64,000 bases of DNA from Leucoraja erinacea (Eukaryota), in assembly GCF_028641065.1 (NCBI RefSeq), contig NC_073398.1, positions 25,606,001 through 25,670,000 on the forward strand, in the 5' to 3' direction. Under the pieces are notes generated by a model. That model had not been told where the DNA came from. It ran no database searches and saw only the letters and a program-made list of their open reading frames with translations. The position numbers were made by a program, and so were the translations under genes. Every line of letters starts with the position of its first letter. The first letter of the stretch is position 1. This document shows, one piece after another, positions 22,401 through 34,840 of the stretch.

Positions 22401-25400
22401 TTGCATGTCGGTGTTTCTGTCTTTCTTCACTCATTGTTGGTTCCATCTGTCACCACCCCCACCTACAACCCTCTGCTTCCCGGCCATGTGTGTGACCCCT
22501 TCCCTCCCCTCTCCAGCTCCCCGCCCATTGCACCGGTGCGGGGGCTTTGCACTGTCTTCACGTCGGCGATGCCAGCAGGTCTGTGCCAGTCACCGGAGAC
22601 GTCAGGACCAATGGGACATCAACCCCCAGGCCCACCAAGCCCACCAGGCCCACTGCAAGCACGGAGAACCCAGAGACCAACAGCCAACAGCAACTCCAGC
22701 CCAGCCCCGCTCCAACTACAGAGGAACCCAGGTTGCGGATGAGGGGGCACAGCTCGGGCTGTGGGCAAACTGCCACTTGTCGCCGTAGGGGCCCATCGGG
22801 GAACGGGTTCCTGTTGGTCCTGACGTCTCCTGCCACCCCCCTGTACAGGAGCTGAGACTGGGAACTGTACCGCCCTTGCAGGTGAGCAGGAGAGTGTGGT
22901 TGTTTGCAGTTGCAGAGGGAGGGGGCAAGGGTGGTACAGTTCCCAGCCTCAGCTCCTGTCCAGGGGGGTGGCCGGAGACGCCAGGACCAATGGGACACCG
23001 ACCCCCAGGCCCACTGCAAGCACGGAGATCCCAGAGACCCACAGCCTGCAGCAACTCCAGCCCAGCCCCGCTCCAACTCCAGAGGAACACGCTCCCCGAA
23101 GGCGCAGAAGTTGATGGTGTGCAAGGTACGTCTTGTTCTTGGGGTGGCGGATGAGGGGGCGCAGCTCGGGCAGTGGACGAACTGCCACTTTTCGCCATAG
23201 CAGCCCATCGGGGGGCGGATTCCTCTGGAGTTGGAGGGGGAGGGGGGTATTGTGCTGTTTGATCACCCCCTGCTATCCCAGGGACAGGGAGACACAGTGG
23301 CTTTTAAGACTGGTGGGCAATCACTTCCAAAGTTCTGCCCACACAGTCAGTACATCTCTCCTACACTTGTCTCCCGCACTAAGATCACCCCGCAGAGAAT
23401 GATCCCCGCCTAACCCAAGAGCCATGTCACCCCAGACAGATTAATGACGCACCCCCCCACCCCCCAACCTCTCGCCATCTCAACTCACGCCTGGGCACCA
23501 AAGCAACTCAGGAGGCAAACCTTGAGCTCCGTCTCACAACAATCTGATGTGCACATCCGTCCACATTCAAAGATTTAATCTCCCGTCTCCCCGCAGTGTG
23601 CAGACATGGCAGTAAATTCAATTAAAACATCTCAAACCTGTGTGTTTCAAACAAATCATAAGTATAACTGCTCTGGCACTGGATAGTGCGCATTTTCCCT
23701 TTGTAGGTCACATCAGTAGATGCGGCCGCTCTGAATTATATCTTTAAAACAAAGCCACAGGATGGAGAGGTCTTCTTTAACACTGTTGCTTATTAAAACA
23801 TAACACTGTTGCTTATTAAAACAAAACTTCAATCAGGATTGGCTCAAGAATAACTCAGGAGACGAACTGGAAACAACGCTGAAATGACAAGTAAACGGTA
23901 AACTGCCGTCTACCCGTGGGAACTCAGTTAACCTCTTGATCTTTCACTTGTTATATCATGCTCAACCACGACCCCTTCATTCGGGTTACCTCTTGCGTCA
24001 GCTCATAACGTGAGAATGGCCTATTAGTTTCATAATTTTTTACAAAAAATAAGTCCATTCAGCCCATCGAGTTCATACCAGCTCCCAGTACATTCCCATC
24101 AATCCCATCCATTCAGTGATTTAATTGTAACCCAATTCCTCTAATTCGCTGGAAAACCGCAGTCACGGAGAACGTGCAAACTCACATGGATAACACTGGA
24201 GGTCAGTATTGAATTCATGTCTCCAGACCTGTGAGGCAGCAGCATTACCCACTGCCCCACTCCACTGCCATTGACTGATCCCACAAGAACCATAAATGAT
24301 GGGCAAACATCAGCTCAGGAATGATTGACTTGGATATGGATAACTAGATGCAGACTTGTTTAAATAAAAAATGAGCCTTCTTCAAAAATATGATATTGGC
24401 TCAACCAAATATAAATTGTTTTCTATTATTGTTCACGCTTTACTTCTATGTGTCTGGGTGAGGCAAAAAAAAAAATCAGCTGAGACTTTCTGTCATTTTC
24501 TCTAATCGGGATATTTTTGTTCCAAGGATTCTGTTACTTTCATCAGAGTTTAGCTTTGTTTAGTTTAGTGTAATTTGGTTTAGTTCCTTATTGTCACATG
24601 TAGCAAAGTACAGTGAAACGTTTTTGTTGTGTGCTGTCTCATCAGGAGAAAGACAATCCATGATTACAATCAAGCCACACACAGTGTACAGATACAGGAT
24701 AATGGGAATAAGGTTTAGTACAAGATAAAGTTCCGTGAAGTCCAATCAAAATAAAGCATAGTTTAAACTCCCATCCACTGCCCCACTTGTCCCGGCTGCT
24801 CGTATTCTGCTCTAACTCCGGCTCAGGTACAGCTCCTCCCTGTACTGTGACGTGGCAGCAGGAATGACCATTGATTTATACCCACAGGAAGGGACTCTCG
24901 TATGGGTTGATGGATCTACTCATATTTATCGACATTGGCTTCAGGGCGAACCTAATGACAATGGAGGCATCCAAGATTGTGTGGTCATTAACAATGATGG
25001 TAAGTGTAACAGTGAAAGAGATGTTATTTTGTTGGAAGGTACACAAAAAAGCTGGAGATACTCAGCGGGTGCAGCAGCATCTATGGTGCGAAGGAAATAG
25101 GCAACGTTTCGGGCCGAAAACCTGAAGAAGGGTTTCGGGCCGAAACCCTTCGACCCGAAACGTCGCCTATTTCCTTCGCTCCATAGATGCTGCTGCACCC
25201 GCTGAGTTTCTCAAGCTTTTTTGTGTACCTTCGATTTTCCAGCATCTGCAGTTCCTTCTTAAAAACATTATTTTGTTGGAAGTTCATTTCAGACTCAGTA
25301 TTGAACAGGACGTGACCTCAAGAGACCTACTGTTACACCATGGGAGTGAACCAACCCCATGGGCTATGTGCTCTCTGACTAACCAGCAGTTAGAGGACGA

Positions 25401-26204
25401 TATATGGGGTGTAATGCAGGAGTCAGCGGAACAGACACTGAGTGTAACTGTGCAGGAGGAATGTACAAGGGGGTAACACTGGAGTTAGAGGAAGGTGTCA
25501 GTCTGAAGAAGGGTTTCGGCCCGAAATGTTGCCTATTTCCTTCGCTCCATAAATGCTGCCTCACCCGCTGAGTTTCTCCAGCACTTTTGTCTACCGTGTA
25601 ATGTGACATGACACTGTTGACCCTATTACCTCTATAAATCATCAACTAATCTACTCTAAACCAGGGTTTAGCACAATTTAATCTTTATTAACACTCGAGC
25701 TACTTAAGCATGCATGGAAACCGTTGACCTCTAATAACTAGTCATTACTTTACTATTCCAGCTTATCACTTCTCAAACTAAATCACAAAAAACATGACGT
25801 TCAAAGATTTGAACAGGGGTGATTAGAACTTGGAGATCTAGTGTATGGATGACTGATGGTCGGGATGGAGGCCTGTTTCCACGTTGCATCTCTAAAACAT
25901 AAAGATAAAACATTTGAACTGAATGATAAGCAGAAAATGCTAGAAGCATTCAGCAGGTCAGACAGCATCTGTAATGGGAAGAACAGGAATAATTCATTTC
26001 TCAATGACTTCCCTGTTTCCTCTCCACAAATGGTAACTGGCCTATAGGTTATTTCAAGCATTTATTTCAGTTTTCCATCATCTGCTTAAGTTTACTTGTG
26101 GACTATCAGGTAAATGCTTTACTTTTTTTCTGTTTCTAGATGAGGGACTTTGGAGTGATCGATCTTGTCTTGAAACGGAAGGTTATATTTGCTCCTATCA
26201 TTGA
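7412..26204 (+). CDS. Secreted C-type lectin A (175 aa; signal peptide, propeptide ending EKR, single CRD with EPN motif); join(7412..7466,14237..14391,20123..20263,24888..24999,26140..26204)
   Basis: All five exons have AG/GT boundaries, intron phases 1,0,0,1, 528 nt open frame. Translation: MMLVWALVLTALLASDLAGTSNLLGLEETQHHIEKRNIGKQDCENDWVYYPPLKSCSRFFCDKRTWTNAEEFCKHQHDYAHLASVSSGEHNIFLKKMIDARNNTCPQIWIGLNDILREGTLVWVDGSTHIYRHWLQGEPNDNGGIQDCVVINNDDEGLWSDRSCLETEGYICSYH. WIGL, WxDG and canonical Cys present. Confidence 0.9.
8395..8555 (+). mobile_element. CR1 LINE 3' end fragment
   Basis: ttagatagggctcttagggcg...tatggggagaaggcaggaatggggtactga...cagccatgatcatattgaat matches the 3' ends of other CR1s in the window. 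Confidence 0.8.
11192..12414 (-). mobile_element. 5'-truncated L1/Tx1-type LINE (ORF2 C-terminal zinc knuckle, 3' UTR, A-rich tail) with 12-bp TSD
   Basis: ORF 11557..12381 contains FKLLHRLYY...SPRCDKC...THSFVGC...FW. T-rich tail at 11192-11225. TSD tcgttcatttct at 11180-11191 and 12415-12426. Confidence 0.92.
12870..13720 (+). pseudogene. ASPM-like IQ-repeat fragment, frameshifted and with stop codons, inside the LTR element
   Basis: About a dozen IQ motifs (VIQAAFRG, AIQAAFRM, IVQTHYRA, LLQAAYRG, CIQALYRG, TLQAAYRG, SIQRWY, TIQTAYKS) with ASPM-like spacing. Frameshift near 13150, in-frame TGA and TAG near 13265-13310. Confidence 0.8.
13967..14104 (+). mobile_element. 138-bp retroposon with 5' HDV-like ribozyme fold and (GAA)n tail, copy 1
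   Basis: TSD aaaggcacttgga at 13954-13966 and 14105-14117. Homologous to 62408-62547. Confidence 0.85.
14237..14391 (+). CDS. Lectin A coding exon 2
   Basis: taactgacag|GG...GCTGAG|gtacgt. Encodes EKR...CENDW...SC..FF...TWTNAE. Confidence 0.92.
14964..19692 (-). mobile_element. Complete-ended non-autonomous DIRS1-type tyrosine recombinase retrotransposon (ITRs plus ICR, decayed gag/RT/RNaseH/MT/YR)
   Basis: ITRs at 15021-15053 and 19629-19661. ICR at 15184-15272 is the reverse complement of the joined termini. Remnants GYTIEF, MASIDSKDAYY, QYRALPN, YSQIWDISIVL..L..W.PA. Confidence 0.95.
17548..17646 (-). ncRNA. U2 snRNA-derived segment (about nt 1-97, lacks Sm site) inside the DIRS element
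   Basis: Minus strand reads atcagatctcgggtttttggccaagatcaagcataatatctggggtttttatcagtttaaatatctgatatgtcccttatctagggaccatatattaaa. Colinear with U2 atcgcttctcggccttttggctaagatcaagtgtagtatctgttcttatcagtttaatatctgata...atatattaaa. Confidence 0.9.
20123..20263 (+). CDS. Lectin A coding exon 3
   Basis: tttaaag|GAA...CGG|gtaaag. EFC...AHLASV...WIGLND. Confidence 0.92.
20562..20754. mobile_element. PIF/Harbinger-like MITE
   Basis: Imperfect TIRs ggccctgttccactt / aagtggaacaggccc. A related single end gggcctgtcccactt lies at about 34925. Confidence 0.65.
21361..21977 (+). mobile_element. Retroposon-like insertion with internal gagaacaaag repeats and a (gaaccatt)2 tail
   Basis: Absent from paralogous introns (empty site atggaacttatccaat at about 49241). 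aataaa plus a short tandem tail at the 3' end. Confidence 0.6.
22049..24022. mobile_element. 2-kb non-autonomous DNA transposon (Harbinger-like) with 42-bp TIRs and GC-rich internal direct and inverted repeats
   Basis: aggccattctcacgttacgagctgacacaagtggtaacccga versus the reverse complement of 23981-24022 (3 mismatches). Absent from paralogs B and C. Confidence 0.85.
24888..24999 (+). CDS. Lectin A coding exon 4 (EPN)
   Basis: cccacag|GAA...GATG|gtaagt. WVDGS...WLQGEPNDNGGIQDC. Confidence 0.93.
25039..25267. mobile_element. Palindromic Penelope terminal-repeat-derived mini-element with 15-bp TSD
   Basis: About 75-bp inverted arms. TSD ttattttgttggaag at 25024-25038 and 25268-25282. Empty site in copy C at about 49959-49973. 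Confidence 0.85.
26140..26204 (+). CDS. Lectin A coding exon 5
   Basis: tttctag|AT GAG GGA CTT TGG AGT GAT...TGA. WSD..C......IC. Confidence 0.9.
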
Positions 26205-26329
26205 ACCAGCGATTAGAAGACTCCAGAATGGTCCACTCATCCTTTCCAGCAGTGGATCCAGTGCTTTGATTTCCTTGTAGCCGCTCTCACTGTCTGTGCT
26301 GACTGTACTCACTGAGCTTCTCAGCCAAT

Positions 26330-26335
26330 AATAAA
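26330..26335 (+). terminator. Polyadenylation signal of lectin A
   Basis: AATAAA about 125 nt after the stop codon, conserved in gene B, with a GT-rich tract downstream. Confidence 0.7.
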
Positions 26336-28819
26336 GAGAACTGCAACATGAGTTGTGTTTCACTCCTCTCACTCTTACTTTCTATTATGTGACTGAGCTG
26401 GGATTCAGTCCTTTAAGTCAGTCAGTAACCACATGAGGCTGTGGTCCACACACTTACTCCAGGAGCTGACCAAAGTATGGGCAGGATACATTCGAGACTC
26501 CGCACAGCCCAGTTTTACCTTCTCCCCAAAATCCATAAACACAACTGCCCTTGAAGACCCATTGTTTCTGTCTGCTCCTGTCTCACAGAAATGATTTCCA
26601 CGTACCTCAACTCCATCCTATCCCCCCTGGTCCAATCTCTCCCGACCTATGTCCAAGATGCCTAACATGCCCTTCGTCTCTTTAATGATTTCCGCTTTCA
26701 ATGCTAACAATGGCCTGATTCCTTTATCATCATTACTTTTTTGCATATCTTTCATTCATTTGTTTTATATCGCTCTGCATCGTCTATAACTCTTGTTTCC
26801 CTTTCCCCTGACTGTCAGTCCGAAGAAAGGTCTCGACCCAAAACGTAACCTATTCCTTCTCCCAGAGATGCTGCCTGAGCCGCAGAGTTATTCGAGCACT
26901 TTGTGTATATCTTTAGAACAAATCGAGGGCAGGTGAGAGTCGCTGTTACCTGCAGCACACGACTGAAACAAATCCGAATGGGTAGCCTTACTGTGGGCAG
27001 CTGTGTTCTCCACCGACCCGCTCAGTGTTAGCAGCATCAGTTGTGCTGAGATTTGTCCCAAGAGAGAGGCAATGCAAGCTTTATTTATTAAGGTGAAAAA
27101 AGTCTCTGAAACTTGATCAGCAGCAGAAACGAAAATGGAAACGGGTCACGTGGCAACAGTGGAGAGAGAAATTATACATTGCAACTCATTGACTTGAAAT
27201 ATGATTTTTTTTTTCTCCGTGTCACACCACTGAAGAATTACAGTTGTGAGTTGTCCCAGTTCAAGTTTCCAGTATTTCCTTTTCGTTCAGCAGCAGGGAC
27301 CTGGACAGTTATCCCTTGCTCAAATTTACAGGCAACAGTTGCTCCAAACTCAACAGTAGATCTGTGGAGCATTTTAGTTTAAAACATAATCAAACCATCT
27401 TTCATTTTCAGCAGCACTTTGCTTTGTCATTTTCTCAAATACTGTAGATGTCACAGAAACCAACATCCCATTACTTCTGTGGTTAGGTGACCCTGCCATC
27501 AAGGACGAGGGGAGCAGGTGCACTGCAACACCAGCCACAGGTTCTCCTCCAAGTTATGTTTCCAAGTCATGCTGATGTGGAGACATTTCTTCATCATCAC
27601 CAGGTTTAAATCGTGGAACACCCTCCCCAACAACATGGAAATATCTTCACAAGAAGAATGTAGCAATCAAGGCAATCTCTCCCCACCACCTGGTTCAGGG
27701 AAACAAGGGATGGACAATAAATACTGGTCTTGCCAGAGACATTGTCAGTAAACATTGTCACTTGATTAAAGAGAGTGGTTTAAAGTGGTGATTTATGTTG
27801 GGTAGTCCAAGCGATGAACATGACTGGGCCAGTTCAGACTTTGTCGTGGTTTAGTTTTGGTTATTTATTGACAATGGCCAACTCTCGACTGCTTTTCAAG
27901 GGAAACCAGCCTTATGGAACTGTACCTCATGGGTTAGGAGATTGCTTGGGTCCAGGAAGGGTTGAGATACACAGCAGAAGAACACACACTGAACAAACAC
28001 TGCTATAAGCTCGTGCAAGAGCACCTGTGGCCTAGATACCAATTCCTTCATCCCAGGAAACAACCTCATGAACCTTCTCGGTCCTGCCTCCAGTACAAGC
28101 AGATCCTTCCTGAAACCCTGAGCCCACAACTGTCCACTTACTCCAGGGACAACCTGTGAAAGTGCAGGAGTTCCCTACTTAGACTCCATCCCCCACACAA
28201 TAAAGGCCAACATTCAATCAGCTTCCCATTACTTGCTGTAACTGCACGCTAACTCTGTGTTTCATGTCCTCCATTCCCTGATCCCTTTGTAACACAAGTT
28301 CTCTCACTCTGTTTAAGTGATATTTTGCTTTTTTTCAATCTTGCTTCCAAAGGAACGCGGCGTCATTAATACTTGGCTAAAACACAAATACATTTACTGA
28401 GGAATGTTGATAGATGTATTGATGATGCATTGTATAACTGCGTGTTAACTACTGGCTGTTAACAAGTGCTAACAGTGGTAGTTAACAAATCATTTTCATC
28501 TCATGGCTAATGGAGCGTTGACACGTTGTAACGATTATCCATGGTTTTTAAAAAAAAATCTGTGTTTAACAACTCTGACTCCTTTATTGTACAGAAATTG
28601 GACATAAACTGGAAACTGAAAAGTAGGGGAACGGCGTCCCCCCTGCTTACCCCATTTCCATCACTGGAAATTTGTCTCAAGACCCTCACACTCATTCCCT
28701 TCATCCAAGCCAAGACTGTAGATTATAAATAGTTGAGTTCCAGCATTGCTCCCTGAGGCAGTCACTGATTGCCAATCCAAAACCGATCCATTTATTCCAC
28801 TCACTATTCCATCAGTTAG

Positions 28820-29540
28820 CCATATAGGGTCAGGGAGATTATATAATCTCTGGTCCTGTTGTGGTGGTAGGTGAACTATAGTGGGTCAAGGCTGCTTGGT
28901 GGACCACAACCAGCCTTTCAAAGCATTTCATAATGGTGGATGTCAAGGCTACTGGACAGTTGTCATTAAGGCATGAGCTCTTGGTTTTCTTCAGCACCAC
29001 GATGATGGTGCTCTTCTTGAAGCATTTAAGAAGGAACTGCAGATGCTGGAAAATCGAAGGTAGACAAAAGTGGTGGAAAAACTCAGCGGGTGCAGCAGCG
29101 TCTATGGAACAATGGAAATAGGCAATGTTTCGGCCCAAAAACGGTGCCTATTTTCTTCGCTCCATAGATGCTGCTGCACCCACTAAGTTTCTCCAGCACT
29201 TTTGTTTACCCTCTTCTTGAAGCAGGTGGGTACCTCACCTCAGTGCAGAGAAGGAAGAGTTTAAAGATGTCCGTGAATACTAGCTGACTAAAGACTAACT
29301 ACTAAGGACACGGCCAGGAATTCCGTCTGGGCCAGTTACTTTCTGTGGGTTCACCCTGAGGAATGTTGATCTAACCTTTTCAACATGACCCTGGGAAGAG
29401 GTGCACCTGAGACTGAAGGGAAAGGTTTCATCCCCTATTGGCCTTTTGCTCAAGCGAGCTTAGAAAGCATTCAATTTTTTAGGTAGGGCCATATTATTTA
29501 AAGTAATGTTGCCTGACTTCGCTTTGCCAGTTATCATATT
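28820..29540 (-). mobile_element. Rex1/Babar-type LINE RT fragment interrupted by a palindromic Penelope mini-element (29025-29210)
   Basis: CLNDNCPVALTSTIMKCFERLV motif. The insert has TSD ctcttcttgaagca at 29011-29024 and 29211-29224. Confidence 0.8.
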
Positions 29541-29734
29541 CAGATCCAGCCACATCCTGCGTGTGTGAAAGTGATTATACTGTTATCAGTTTATAAAGTT
29601 CATACGTTTGTCCAGTGACCAAAGAAGCTTCTCTGACGAGTTGGGTTATTACAACATTCCGACAACTTCATTTACAGAGACACCCCCAGCATATGATATT
29701 GACAGTACAGTCCTCACACTGCCAAAGACCTGCA

Positions 29735-30012
29735 TTCGATCCGGAACTCAGCTGCAGTCTATGTGGAGTTTGGACAATCTCCCTGTGATCATGTGTGTTT
29801 CCTCCGTGTGCTCCAGTTGCTCCCACATCCCAAAGTTGTGCGAGTTTGTCGGTTAATTAGCTTCTGAAAAATGTCTTATCAATCGCAGGCAGTGGATGAG
29901 AAATTGAGATAACATGCAACAAGTGTGAATGGGTATTGATGGTCAGCGTAGAGTCAGTGAGCCAATGGTCTTGTTTCCAGACTGTATGTCTAAAACTAAA
30001 TCTAAAACTAAC
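29735..30012 (+). mobile_element. HE1/V-SINE-like SINE
   Basis: gtggagtttg...tctccctgtga...tgctccagttgctcccacatcccaaag core and a ctaaa-type tail. Confidence 0.75.
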
Positions 30013-30302
30013 AGTGACATTCTGTATATTCTGACAATCCACAGCCCTCTTAGAGTGAGAACATCTAGAATATTCTCATTCTTCTGCAAAGGGAAGTTCC
30101 TCTTCTCATAAATGCTAAACGTTGACACTAACCCAGTACCAGGCTCTCCAGACTTACAAACCACCCTCTCATTATGCACCCCTCATACCCTCTCCGAATC
30201 CAGTACCTCTCACTGAGATCACGTGCAATCTTTCTAAATTTATTTTAGAATTTTCCTCCATCTCTTTTCAATGGACATTTCCCTCATTCTAAATATCCAT
30301 CC

Positions 30303-30513
30303 CATGGCTGTCCGAAGGGGGGATGCGGAGCACACCCACCTTTTTTCCCCCTAGAGTAATTAAAAAATCACGCCCCACGTTTCAGGCCCGTCCGCACCCC
30401 CCCCCCCCCCAGCTCTAGCCCACCAGCACCCCCCCCCCCCCCCCCCCCCCCCACCCCCCCCGCACCCCCCCTTCATGCCACCCCCCTTTTTTTGAAAGCT
30501 TCGTACGGGCCTG
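30303..30513. mobile_element. Small MITE with poly-C core
   Basis: Ends catggctgtccgaag / cttcgtacgggcctg (imperfect TIR), flanked by catcc on both sides. Empty paralogous site near 47135-47150. Confidence 0.55.
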
Positions 30514-32574
30514 CATCCAGTGAATCAATGGTGAAATGACTGCAAGACAAATATTTCATGCCTTAGGTATGGAGACCAAAATCCCCCGAATAACACTGTG
30601 GAATATCAGCACAAGATCTTTTTTTTCCTCAAACCCTTCACAGTAAAATACATTGTGATGTTTGACTTCATAATTGTTTGTTCCAGCTGCAGAATAACCT
30701 TCTGCATCTGGTGAACCAACACGCCTGCACCCCTCCACACACCAACATTTACTGGCTTCTCACCACGTGAAATATTCTGTTTTGCTATTTCTCCCATCAA
30801 ACAGTGCAACCTCCCATTATCCTACAGTACGCTCCAAGTATAACATTTGCACAACCATTGTAACCTAATTCTAGAGACTTGTCTGTGACCACAACAATCA
30901 CTGTGGGTACAGGCCTGTTGGTTACATGGAGAAGATTAATGATATAAGTTGCATCCAATACAAAGAAACAACACATAGCAAAGATGACAGTCTCAGTCTG
31001 TTCCTTGAAACCTCAGAGACTCGCCCTCTGAGTGACGTGGTTCAGAGCACTTCCTCCCACCATGCCCTGTTCATAACTACTGGTATCTCGCGCTCTCTTT
31101 CTCCTCCCCAACCCCACATTTTATACACATTTACCCTTTGAACTTGAACAAAAACTCAGGCAACACCTGTGGAGGGTTTTGTGTTCATTTTCTAGGTCTG
31201 CACAAAACTTGAGAGTCTTCAATTTACAACAGAGGTCTTTAATACTTTACTCAATGCTGGCAGCAAGACGCCAAAAATGACTGCACACATAGGATCTGAC
31301 TGCACACTCACACCGTCTACAGACAGAATCAACTATATACAAAACATCTTCCTTTGTCCTGTGCAGTGCCACCTGCTGCATGGGAGGAGCAATGGGTCAT
31401 CCCACCCTACACCGTGCACTGAACATCACAGAGGGAATAGACAGACAACGTTAGGGATGGGACCCTTGTGCAGATTGATTGTAGTTGGGGGAGAAAGCTG
31501 GAAAAGAGAAATGGACATGGGGAAATGTCTGGCAAGTGATAGGTGGATAGATGTGATAGGGTGATATTGGCAGATGGTCTCAGATAAAGAAAGAAGAGGA
31601 GGAGTGAAATGTAAAGCCAGAGGGAGGGATACGGTGGCAGAGGACAAAGGGGGAGAGGAAAGAGATGATAAATGAAATATGGAACTTGGTGATGGGAGAG
31701 GAGCACACAGGAGGGATGGGAGGGGAAAGGAGCAAAATGACGGGTTGGTGGGTGAAATGTAGAAGCTTTAGGGTGAGTAGGGCACAGGAAAGAGAGGGGT
31801 GAGGATAATACATAAATAATTGAGAATTCAATGTTCATGCCATTGGGTTGTAATTTACCAAGAAGTTTATGAGATGCTGTTCTTCTAGTTTGCATGTGGT
31901 CTCACTCTGGCGTAGGTGAGGCCAAGGATGCTGTTCGTACCATTATCCCATCCAAGGTTGTCACAAACTTGTGGAACTTGGAGTCAGCATTCATCTCTAC
32001 AACTAGATCCTCAATTTTTGACCAACAGACTACATTCAGTGAGGATAGGGATAATCCTCCACGCTGGTGCTATGCAAGGATGCATTCTCAGCACCCTCAT
32101 ACACCCACAAGTAGGCGGCCAAGTACAAATCTAATTCAACCTGCAAATTCTCAGGTGACACAGTGAAAGTGAGCTGGAAATGAAATAATCATGAGACTGA
32201 GCAGAGGAAGGAGATTGAAAACCTCATGACCTGAGTCAAGACAACAGCCTTTCTCTCGAAGTCAGCAAGACAAAGGAGATTGTGACCGACTCCAGGAAGA
32301 GAAATTGGTACACAAACACGGGATGCATTGCCGAAATTCACATTTACTAAAGATAAAAGATGGAGACGGGGAACTTGAGAGTAAGGGATAAAGTTTTGTG
32401 ACCACGACGAGAAACGTTACGCTCCCAGGCAATGTAAGTTCCCAGACATGAACAGGTGCAGAAAACATCTCATACTTATATGGGAAACATCTTATTTTCG
32501 GAGAGTTTGGAATGTTGTGCTGCTAATTTAGCTGATCACTTTACATTTTTGCTGAAATTGTCTGTTTAACCCTT

Positions 32575-33200
32575 ACACTACACCTTGCTGATGCAGCGTG
32601 AGGTATAAATGGAGTGAATAAAAGGGAGGTTGGCTTGTGTCATGGTCTGGGCTACGTCCACAATTTTCTGCAATTTCTTGCAGTCTTGGAAAGAGTTATT
32701 CTCAAACCATGCTGTTATGCATCCCGAAAAAAAGCTTTCTACAGTGCATCTGCAGAAATTGTTGAGAGTTAGTGGGGACATGCCAAACGTCCTAAGCTTT
32801 ATACGGTGTGCTTTCTTGGCCATTGCTTCAATATGGGTGGTCCAGGAGAAGTTATCAATGTTATTGACTCTGAGGAATTTGAAGCTTTCAGTCATCTCTA
32901 CTTCAGCATCATCAATGCACACCAGGGTACTAGTACCGCTCTGCTTGCTGAGGTTGATCACTATCTCCTTTGACTTGCTGACATTGAAATGTTGTTGTCT
33001 GAACACCAGGTCATGAGGTTCTCAATCTCCTTCCTGTACTCCGCACATCATTATTTGATACCCGGACCACAATGATGGTGTTGTCTACAAATGTGTAAAT
33101 TGAATTGGATTTGTACATGGCCGCACAGTTGTTGGTGGTACAAGGAGTAAAGAATGGCGTTGAGAATGCCTCTGTGTTGAGGATTGTTGTGTATGATAAT
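32575..33200 (-). mobile_element. Rex1/Babar-type LINE RT C-terminal fragment
   Basis: LNVSKSKEIVI...SFKFL...NFCRCTVES..SGCITAWF.N....DCKKLQKIV..AQ. Confidence 0.8.
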
Positions 33201-34840
33201 TTGTCCCCTTCTGCTCAAAGCAAGCTCAGAAAGTTCTTCAGGTAGGGCCGTATTATTTCCAGTGATGTTACCTGACTTCGCTTTGTCAGTTATCGTATTC
33301 AAACATTGTCACATTTGCGTTTGTCCGAGTGATTATACTGTTGTAAGTTTCCAGTGATGTCCTGTGACAACCTCCCATTATCCTACAGTACACTCCAAGT
33401 ATAACATGTACACAACCATTGTAACCTAATTCAAGAGACTTGTCTGTGACCACAACAATCACTGTGGGTACATGTCTATTGGTTACATGGAGAAGATTTA
33501 TGCCATACGTTGCATCCAATAAAAAGAAACAAGACACCTTTCCTCCCACCATGTCCTGTTCACGCCAACTGCTGTCCCTCCTGGTATCTCTTCGCTCTCT
33601 CTCCCCAACCCCACATTTTATACACATTTACCCTTTAAACTTGAACAAAACAGAAAGCGGTGGAGAAACTCGTGCAACACCTGTGGAGGCAACAGACAGA
33701 CAACGTTAGGGATGGGACACGTGCAGACTGATTGTAGTCGGGGCAGAAAGCTGGAAAAGCGAGGTGGACATGGGGAAATGTGATAGGTGGATGGAGGTGA
33801 TAGGATGTGATTGGCAAATGGTCTCAGTTAACAAAAGAAGAGGTGGTGTGAAATGTAAAGCCAGAGGGAGGGATATGGTGGAAGAGGAAAGAGACGATAA
33901 TATGGGAAATATGGGACTAGGGGATGGGATTGGAGCACCCACGAGCGATGGGAGGGGAAAGGAGCATCTTGGTGGGAGATAGTGGGAGAACTGTAGAAAC
34001 ATTAGGTTGAGAGGGACATAAGAAAGAGGGGTTTTAAAATCCAGAGAAAGAAAGGGCCATTTGGCCCATCAATCCCACCCCACTGGAGATCCTGTGGATT
34101 CCTTCCCACATCATGTTCCTACAGGGATCTCACTCAGCTGTGCCTGGAAATGCAACAAGCATCAAGCTGTCCATTATCATTCCATGTTCCTTCTGAGCAG
34201 ACTTCACCAGCTCCTTTTTAAAAAGTGGCCAGATGCTAAATTGAACCAGTTCCTTACAAATAGATTACAAACTTTCATGAGTCCATGATGGAGGGATCTT
34301 GCCAGGCGATTGGAAATGGAGAGGAAACATACCAGAGTGAGTAAAGGAATTAGTGAGGTGTTCTGGGTCAATAATGTTGTTTTTGAAGTATTCGCCTGAA
34401 CGTTACATCTTAATTGTTCCTGGTGATAATATTCATTAGACCCTAATACCATAAACACATAATGGGGCCATACATACTTTCAACAGTTTCCATCCCTCAG
34501 TGTTCAGATACAGTGCCACATTCTACAGTCACACTTGGAGCTCACAAGACATTTCTGTGACTTCCTGTTCATCTTGTTCTAATCTGTCAGTCAGTGATTG
34601 GTCAGCAGCAGTTTTACATAGATTGCTGCAGCCAATTGAGTTTGATTCCATTGGTTCCAAAAGCCTCCAAGATGCCAGAACTACATGTATATAAGGATGC
34701 AACAGCATTGGAAACCTCATCGACACAGAGAGCTGGGAGAGAGAGAGGTGGGAACGGCAGCAGGATATGCCCACCTTCACTGTGAAACTTGACACTAATG
34801 ATGAATTGTTTTCTTGTGTTTCAGGTTCAAGGAAGGAAAC

